Shown here: piece after piece, positions 37,605 through 43,485 of the stretch
Numbering within the stretch: the stretch's first letter is position 1
Layout: every line of letters begins with the position of its first letter
Source: Alphaproteobacteria bacterium
GTDB taxonomy: Bacteria > Pseudomonadota > Alphaproteobacteria > JAQWUY01
Assembly: GCA_049615605.1 (NCBI GenBank)
Contig: JBMZFW010000002.1
Coordinates: forward strand, 1 to 43,485
DNA length: 43,485 nucleotides
Direction of reading: 5' to 3'
The notes under the pieces: generated by a model
Told to the model about the DNA's origin: nothing
The model's input: only the letters and a program-made list of their open reading frames with translations
The model's database searches: none
Program-made: the position numbers and the translations under genes

Positions 37605-38288
37605 CTATCTAGATTTTTTAGTCCCCACACGACGGGAAATAATACCAATAAATTCACCCATAAATGTTTCAAGGCTAACGTGTATTCTGTCCACATCAGA
37701 TGATAATTTATTATATGCAATTGTTGCTGGAATTGCGGCAAATAAGCCAAGTGCAGTTGCAAATAATGCTTCGGCAATACCTGGGGCAACAACGGCTAGT
37801 GAAGTTTGTTTTGAAACCGCAATGGCAGTAAAGCTGTTCATAATACCCCATACAGTTCCAAGTAACCCAACAAATGGTGCAGCTGAACCAATTGATGCAA
37901 GCACAGGCATATGTGCATCCATCTTATCCATTTCTTTATTAAGGACTAAGTTCATAGACCTTTCAATGCGTTCCAATAAGCCCGCTTCGCCAACTGATGG
38001 TTGACGCCATTCTGTCATTGCATAAACAAACATATTTGACATTGGGTCTTTGTTATTAATTTTCTTTGATTTTAAAACATCGTCAAGGCTGATACCCGAC
38101 CAGAACAATGTTTCAAATTCTTGGATATCGTGGCGGATTTTTTTAATCATTTGAATTTTATTAATTATAATTGCCCAACAAACGATAGAGGCAATAATAA
38201 GTCCAATCATTATTACTTGAACCACTATGTCCGCTCTTAAAAACAGACTAAATGCGCTTAAATCAACACTAGCAGTACTTCCAGCCAT
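37605..38288 (-). CDS. tolQ: TolQ (MotA/TolQ/ExbB proton channel)
   Basis: 227 aa with 3 TM segments and LASIGSAAPFVGLLGTVWGIM. Confidence 0.93.
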   Translation of the reverse strand: MAGSTASVDLSAFSLFLRADIVVQVIMIGLIIASIVCWAIIINKIQMIKKIRHDIQEFETLFWSGISLDDVLKSKKINNKDPMSNMFVYAMTEWRQPSVGEAGLLERIERSMNLVLNKEMDKMDAHMPVLASIGSAAPFVGLLGTVWGIMNSFTAIAVSKQTSLAVVAPGIAEALFATALGLFAAIPATIAYNKLSSDVDRIHVSLETFMGEFIGIISRRVGTKKSR

Positions 38289-38297
38289 AATAACCCC

Positions 38298-38729
38298 CTA
38301 AGACTTTAATTGTTCCAATATTTCCTTTGGTGTTGGAACAGGTTTTCCAGTTCTGTTAATACTAACAATTTTTACATTAATTTGCACTAGTTTTTTTTCT
38401 GTTTCTTCATTCCATATTTCTTGAGAAATATCCATACTAGTATTACCAAATTTTACCAACTTGCAATTAACGCGTAAATTATCGTCCAGTTTTGCAGGGA
38501 ATAAATAATCAACATCTATTAATTTAACAACCATACTAATGCCTGTTTTTTTCATAAATTCAGATTGTTTAATACCAAATATTTGTTTCACCCATTCACT
38601 TCGCGCCCTTTCGGCAAAGTTAATATAGCGAGAATGATATACAATTCCCCCTGCGTCGGTGTCTTCCCAGTATATAGTGATTGGTATGTTAAAGGCAGAT
38701 TTATCGATTTGATTTTTATTCGTTGTCAT
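38298..38729 (-). CDS. ybgC: tol-pal-associated acyl-CoA thioesterase (4HBT hotdog)
   Basis: There is a [13 protein letters not shown] motif. I prefer ATG 38729 (MTTNKNQ), a 14-nt overlap with ruvB, over the track start at 38762. Confidence 0.88.
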   Translation of the reverse strand: MTTNKNQIDKSAFNIPITIYWEDTDAGGIVYHSRYINFAERARSEWVKQIFGIKQSEFMKKTGISMVVKLIDVDYLFPAKLDDNLRVNCKLVKFGNTSMDISQEIWNEETEKKLVQINVKIVSINRTGKPVPTPKEILEQLKS

Positions 38730-39780
38730 TATCCAGTTCCATTGCAAATTGTCCGTCGTCAAAACTTTTTGGTGGGTTTAGTCCAATATATTTCCATGCA
38801 CCCATTGTAAGCATACGACCCCTTGGTGTTCTTTGCAACAACCCTTTTTGAATAAGGAATGGTTCAACCACATCTTCTAGTACATCGCGTTCATTACCGA
38901 TTGCAGCGGATAATGTTTCAATACCAACAGGTCCCCCGCCATAATTTTTGGCAACGGTTGTCATATATGTGCGGTCAATTCGGTCAAGACCCATTTCATC
39001 AATGTCCAATTTCTTTAATGCCATATCGGCAATCTTTTTATCAACTTTGTCATATTCACCAACGGTGCAAATATCCCTTACACGGCGAAGAATTCGCCCC
39101 GCAACCCTTGGCGTGCCACGACAACGACGAGCAATTTCAAACGCCCCATCGTCCGTTAAATTAAAATCAAGTTTATCCGCCGAACGGGAAACTATTTTTG
39201 CCAGTTCTTCGTCTGTATAATATTGCATATGCAGTGGAATTCCAAAGCGTTCACGCAGTGGGGTTGTTATCATACCCGCCCTTGTTGTTGCCGAAACCAA
39301 TGTGAACCTTGGCAAATCAATTCGCACGGATTTTGCCGATGGACCTTCACCAATTATTAAATCAAGTTGAAAATCTTCCATTGCCGGATATAATATTTCT
39401 TCAACCGCAGGGGATAACCTGTGAATTTCGTCAATAAATAAAACATCATTCGGTTGTAATGATGTTAAAATCGCCGCCAAGTCGCCCGCCTTTGATATTA
39501 CAGGTCCCGATGTGGCACGGAAACCCACGCCCAATTCTTTGGCAACAATACTGGCAAGTGTGGTTTTACCAAGCCCAGGCGGTCCAAAAAATAATGTATG
39601 GTCCATTGCATCACCACGTTTTTTTGCCGCTTCAATAAAGATTGAAAGGTTTTCTTTTACTTCCGATTGTCCCGTAAAGTCCGCCAATGTCTGTGGGCGA
39701 AGTGCCTTTGTTTCATCTTCTGCACCAGAAGATTGATTTGGATTTACAATGCGGTCTTCGTTTAAATTAATTTCACTCAT
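38716..39780 (-). CDS. ruvB: Holliday junction branch migration helicase RuvB
   Basis: 354 aa with Walker [10 protein letters not shown], Walker B FIDEIH and RGTPR. Confidence 0.97.
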   Translation of the reverse strand: MSEINLNEDRIVNPNQSSGAEDETKALRPQTLADFTGQSEVKENLSIFIEAAKKRGDAMDHTLFFGPPGLGKTTLASIVAKELGVGFRATSGPVISKAGDLAAILTSLQPNDVLFIDEIHRLSPAVEEILYPAMEDFQLDLIIGEGPSAKSVRIDLPRFTLVSATTRAGMITTPLRERFGIPLHMQYYTDEELAKIVSRSADKLDFNLTDDGAFEIARRCRGTPRVAGRILRRVRDICTVGEYDKVDKKIADMALKKLDIDEMGLDRIDRTYMTTVAKNYGGGPVGIETLSAAIGNERDVLEDVVEPFLIQKGLLQRTPRGRMLTMGAWKYIGLNPPKSFDDGQFAMELDNDNE

Positions 39781-39784
39781 AATA

Positions 39785-40414
39785 TTAACTCAATTCATTT
39801 AATGCCAACGGGATAATTTTTGCAACTGTAATTTCCCCATCAAGGTCTTTTATTACCTTACCCACCGCAGTAAAGGCATTTGAACGATTGTAACCAAGAT
39901 TGATTAATGCAGACACGGCTTCGTCAACCACAACCCCGTTATCGCCACCGCTAACATTTGCAGCTGCTTCGGCGGTATCAACAGCACCACTTCCAATATC
40001 ACCAGCAAAATTAATTTTTGATAATTTATCTTTTAATTCAAGGACAATTCGGTTGGCAAGTTTTGGACCAACACCGCTTGCTTGGGTAAATGCAGATGCG
40101 TCCCCACTGGCAACCGCGGAAAATAAGCTGTCCGATGTATGAACCGATTGAATGGCAAGACCAACCTTTGCCCCGACCCCTTGTACAGAAGTTAAAATTT
40201 CAAACCATTGTTTATCAAGTGCAGTTGTAAAACCGTATAATGTAAATGAATCTTCCCTTACCACGGTGATAACTTCCACAACCGCAGGGTTGCCAAGTTG
40301 CAATGTGGCAATGGTTGAATTAGGGCAGAATACTTCATACCCAACACCATTCACATCAAGAATAATCCTGTTCGTGTCAATTAAATCAACAATACCTTTT
40401 AAGCGTGCAATCAT
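39785..40414 (-). CDS. ruvA: Holliday junction DNA-binding protein RuvA
   Basis: 209 aa with MIARLKG..D, the HhH pairs [12 protein letters not shown] / [12 protein letters not shown] and a C-terminal domain III. Confidence 0.95.
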   Translation of the reverse strand: MIARLKGIVDLIDTNRIILDVNGVGYEVFCPNSTIATLQLGNPAVVEVITVVREDSFTLYGFTTALDKQWFEILTSVQGVGAKVGLAIQSVHTSDSLFSAVASGDASAFTQASGVGPKLANRIVLELKDKLSKINFAGDIGSGAVDTAEAAANVSGGDNGVVVDEAVSALINLGYNRSNAFTAVGKVIKDLDGEITVAKIIPLALNELS

Positions 40415-40418
40415 TTTA

Positions 40419-40937
40419 TTATCCTTTTACTGCCATATTATTATATAAGTTTACTTGTGAATGGGTAATTGCAATCGCCAGTGCGTCCGCCGAATGTTCG
40501 GAATCAAACTGTGCCCCCGATAGCAATATTTTTACCATTGTTTGAATTTGTTCTTTGCCCGCACCACCCGAACCAACGATGGCTTTTTTAATTTCACGGT
40601 TTTGATATTCGTACACTGGGTAATTCATATGTGATAAAGATAACATTGCAACACCCCTTGCCTGTCCCAAACGAAGTGAAGTATCAGGGTTTTTATTAAC
40701 AAACACATCTTCAATCGCCGAATGAACCACATCGCCATCATTAAATTGGTTATTACACACATCAATAATTGATTTATTAATATGAAGCAGACGGTTTGCC
40801 ATATTTTCATTTGCTTTGGTCTTAATTGTACCAGAAGACACAAATTGAATATGGTTGCCGTTGTTTACCTTAATCACCCCCCAACCTGTATTTACAAGTC
40901 CAGGGTCAATGCCAATTATGTAATAAGTATTAGTCAT
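40419..40937 (-). CDS. ruvC: crossover junction endodeoxyribonuclease RuvC
   Basis: 172 aa with IIGIDPGL.NTGWGVI, AIEDVFVNKNP and SADALAIAITH. Confidence 0.95.
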   Translation of the reverse strand: MTNTYYIIGIDPGLVNTGWGVIKVNNGNHIQFVSSGTIKTKANENMANRLLHINKSIIDVCNNQFNDGDVVHSAIEDVFVNKNPDTSLRLGQARGVAMLSLSHMNYPVYEYQNREIKKAIVGSGGAGKEQIQTMVKILLSGAQFDSEHSADALAIAITHSQVNLYNNMAVKG

Positions 40938-40978
40938 AGAATCAGCATACTATAAAAAAACTTTGTTCGCAATATGTT

Positions 40979-41098
40979 CTTTATTTATTTTAGGGGCGGT
41001 ACCCCATTCGCTCCGCTCATCTCCCCACGCTTCGCTTTTGCTACGCGACTTCGCCTTGCTCGTTTGTCAAAACAACATATGTTGTTTTGCAGGTTTTT
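40979..41098 (+). repeat. GC-rich element A, copy 3 (short form)
   Basis: It has the same 5' leader CTTTATTTATTT, a GGGGCGGTACCCC hairpin, CCCCACGCTTCGCTTTTGCTACGCGACTTCGCCTTGCTCGTTTGT and the perfect palindrome at 41068-41089. Two 9-10-nt modules are swapped relative to copies 1 and 2. Confidence 0.9.
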
Positions 41099-41099
41099 A

Positions 41100-41197
41100 A
41101 ATGATTTTAATTTTTTATTATCTGCGGTTTTGTTCGCTTGATAACTATCTGTTGTCGGCACTCACAAAACCTTGATACTAAAATATTAAAATTCATT
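41100..41197 (+). repeat. palindromic element P4 (98 bp), directly abutting element A copy 3
   Basis: The left arm 41100-41132 is AATGATTTTAATTTTTTATTATCTGCGGTTTTG. The reverse complement of the right arm 41165-41197 is AATGAATTTTAATATTTTAGTATCAAGGTTTTG. The loop is 32 nt. Confidence 0.88.
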
Positions 41198-41244
41198 TAT
41201 GTATTAAGTAATAAACAACAATTCTAGTTTTAATGAGTCAAGAA

Positions 41245-41292
41245 TCAAAAAAGGCACCGCGATGACTACATAAAGTAGTTGAGCGATGCCTT
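41245..41292 (-). terminator. rho-independent terminator of the outer-membrane protein gene
   Basis: On the minus strand: AAGGCATCGC...GCGGTGCCTT, a 10-bp stem with one G-U, followed by TTTTGA. It starts 24 nt after the stop codon. Confidence 0.75.
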
Positions 41293-41315
41293 TTGAAGAT
41301 TATTGAGCAATAAAA

Positions 41316-42197
41316 CTAGAATTTATATCCTACACCGATGAATGTAGTCTTAGTCTTAGTCTTACCATTCTTATATTGTGTATAAGAAATAGATGCGTTT
41401 ACCTTGTTATTAATAGGTGTTTCAAATTGTACACCCCAAGTGTTACCGCGACGCTTTTCTGGGTTATCAGGAACAGCTGTTGTAGCTACTTTGTACACAA
41501 CATCCGTACCCTTTGTATCAGTAATGAAGTAAGATGCTGATAATTTACCAGAACCAACTTTAGTCTGAACAGTTGCACCAATGTCTAATGTTTTTTGCAC
41601 ACCACTAGTTAATGCAAAATCGTGCTTAATTAATGCGTTTGCAGGATTCTTAAGTTCTAATGATTTTAATTTCTTAGTTTTCTTAGTGTATTTAACCATT
41701 GGAATGATATCAAATCCATTTGTGCTTACTTTCGTACCTGCATAAACAGAATAAGCAGTTAAATCAGAAGTTGTCGTACCTTTAACTAATTTACCAGAAA
41801 GTGCGCTTAAAGCAACATTTGTTACATATTGAATTTGTACATTATTATCAGCTTCACCAGTTGCAAATGCCGCACCCCAGAAACCCCAAGATGGCTGAAC
41901 TTTCATATAGTTAAGTGATAAAATAGTACCCTTTTCAGAACCAGATAATTTACCAGTTGATAAAACTTTTGTACGGTCTTCTTTAGATTTTGTATAACCA
42001 ATTGTTAATGTACCGCCGGCAACTTCGCCAATCTTACCCGTTACAGTTGTGTATCTAGTGTTACGAGTTTGGTATGAACCGTTGTTTACAGTTTCTTTTT
42101 TGTAGCTAAGTCCAACTTCTTTACCAGAAGAAGCCCCGCCTGCGAATGCCGAACCTGCGAATGCAAGTACAGATGTTGCTAATAATAATTTTTTCAT
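41316..42197 (-). CDS. outer-membrane beta-barrel protein (porin-like), family unassigned
   Basis: 293 aa with the signal peptide MKKLLLATSVLAFAGSAFA, alternating hydrophobic beta-strand patterning, and a C-terminal GVGYKF (terminal aromatic OMP signature). A strong SD GAGGAGAG precedes the ATG. Confidence 0.8.
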   Translation of the reverse strand: MKKLLLATSVLAFAGSAFAGGASSGKEVGLSYKKETVNNGSYQTRNTRYTTVTGKIGEVAGGTLTIGYTKSKEDRTKVLSTGKLSGSEKGTILSLNYMKVQPSWGFWGAAFATGEADNNVQIQYVTNVALSALSGKLVKGTTTSDLTAYSVYAGTKVSTNGFDIIPMVKYTKKTKKLKSLELKNPANALIKHDFALTSGVQKTLDIGATVQTKVGSGKLSASYFITDTKGTDVVYKVATTAVPDNPEKRRGNTWGVQFETPINNKVNASISYTQYKNGKTKTKTTFIGVGYKF

Positions 42198-42340
42198 TTT
42201 TTTTCTCTCCTCAAAAAATTAATGTTATTTGACTAACCACAGTATTATTACAGAAAAACCATATAATATCAATAAATAAAAACCAAAATAAGTTTTAAAA
42301 TTTATTTACATAGTAATAATAAATTGTTAAGTTATTGACT

Positions 42341-43485
42341 ATGATAAAAATAACACAATGGAACAAAAGTCAATTTTCTTGGGCGGTATTTGATTGGGCA
42401 AATCAACCGTTCTTTACAGTGGTGACAACATTTATATTCGCACCATATTTTACAAATGTGGTAATCGGTAATTCAGTTGATGGTCAAGCAACTTGGGGGT
42501 TATTAACCGCAATAAGTGCCGGTGCCATTGCAATTTTATCACCAATATTTGGTTCAATCGCCGATGTAAGGGGACCTAGAAAACCGTGGGTATTTATGTT
42601 TTCATTGGTTGGTGCCATATCTTGTCTTGGGTTGTGGTATGCAAAACCAGATGAAAATATTTATTTGCCAATGTTATCATTCGCCCTTGCAACCATTGCC
42701 ATTGAAATTGCCTGTATATTTAATAATGCAATGCTTCCAACAATTGTGGAAGAAAAGAAAATGGGTAAGCTTTCGGGCTTTGCTTGGGGAATTGGATATG
42801 TTGGCGGTTTAGTTCCATTGTTTTTATTGCTGTTCTTATTCGTATGGACGGATAATCCATTATTTGGGCTTGATAAATCAGCATACGAACCAGAAAGATT
42901 TTCAACAATTATGGCAGGTGCGTGGTTAATGACATTTACAATTCCATTATTATTATTTACCAAAGATGTATCAAAATCAGTACAAAAAATTCCAACAATG
43001 GATGTTGTTAAATTCGGTTTTTCAAATTTAACTGATACTATTAAAAGCGTTAAGAAATATAAAAATGTATGGATATTTTTAATTGCCCGTTCATTTTATA
43101 ATGATGGTATCCTTGCCGTGACTTCGTTTGCGGGTATTTATGCGGTTGCAACATTTAATTGGGATATAACGGGTCTTGGCGTATTTGCAATTATGGTAAA
43201 TATTGTTGCGTTCTTTGGCTGTTTAGTTGGTGGTAAGTTTGACGATATAATCGGTTCAAAACGCACAATTAATATTTTTGTAATTGGTTTAATTATTTCA
43301 TTACTGGGCGTTATTTCAATTACCAACAGTTCGGTTCTGTTTGGATTAATAACTTTCCCTGCAAAAACAGATGGTTCATTTATGACAAGTGTGGGTGAAT
43401 ATTGGTTTATGAGCTTTGGATTTTTACTGGGTTTTTGTTTTGGCCCTGCCCAATCGGCATCACGCACAATGATGGCACGCATTAC
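42341..43485 (+). CDS. MFS transporter, UMF1 (Atg22-like) family; 5' 381 codons, 3' end runs off the window
   Basis: Not in the ORF track because there is no stop before the window end. I read the frame from ATG 42341 codon by codon and found no stop. The protein starts MIKITQWNKSQFSWAVFDWANQPFFTVVTTFIFAPYF, and the WA.FDWAN motif is typical of UMF1. Confidence 0.85.
   Translation, partial: MIKITQWNKSQFSWAVFDWANQPFFTVVTTFIFAPYFTNVVIGNSVDGQATWGLLTAISAGAIAILSPIFGSIADVRGPRKPWVFMFSLVGAISCLGLWYAKPDENIYLPMLSFALATIAIEIACIFNNAMLPTIVEEKKMGKLSGFAWGIGYVGGLVPLFLLLFLFVWTDNPLFGLDKSAYEPERFSTIMAGAWLMTFTIPLLLFTKDVSKSVQKIPTMDVVKFGFSNLTDTIKSVKKYKNVWIFLIARSFYNDGILAVTSFAGIYAVATFNWDITGLGVFAIMVNIVAFFGCLVGGKFDDIIGSKRTINIFVIGLIISLLGVISITNSSVLFGLITFPAKTDGSFMTSVGEYWFMSFGFLLGFCFGPAQSASRTMMARI

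Noticed and set aside
42661-43482. Minus-strand ORFs 42661-42963 and 43138-43482 listed in the track
   Set aside because: They are antisense to an uninterrupted + strand frame (42341 to the window end) encoding a clear UMF1-type MFS transporter. The + frame is missing from the track only because it has no stop in the window.

Overview
This is a 43.5-kb, visibly AT-rich, densely coding chromosomal segment. Its gene content and synteny point to an alphaproteobacterium. Supporting markers are ALA synthase HemA, DUF4167, ffs-dnaX-ybaB-recR, uvrC-pgsA-moeA-moaDE, and ruvCAB-ybgC-tolQRAB-pal-tilS-ftsH-glmM. I call 45 protein genes (two run off the window edges) and one SRP (4.5S-like) RNA. I found no rRNA, tRNA, CRISPR array, transposase, integrase, prophage or recognisable defence/toxin genes, so the protein-coding content is core housekeeping and I see no novel multi-gene protein system. 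The unusual content is non-coding, because almost every long spacer is filled by two interlocking repeat families. (1) The first family is ~100-bp palindromic elements (98-103 bp) docked onto or within 3 nt of stop codons. Their outer arms are conserved (ATTTTARTT-N4-6-AKTATCW), while the inner stems differ completely between copies yet stay self-complementary. There are four full copies, one half copy and several orphan arms. (2) The second family is a GC-rich element of ~115-150 bp carrying a perfect 22-bp palindrome. It occurs in three copies plus one remnant, all on the + strand, and one copy supplies the last codons and stop of glmM. Secondary points are a eukaryote-like class Ia RNR operon (two ATP-cones in R1, T4 NrdC-like glutaredoxin) with a candidate NrdR box, a thiOSGE operon with no visible THI-box, and a terminator-like hairpin ~15 nt upstream of the glmM start. 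All coordinates and motifs were read by eye, and no database search or folding computation was run.
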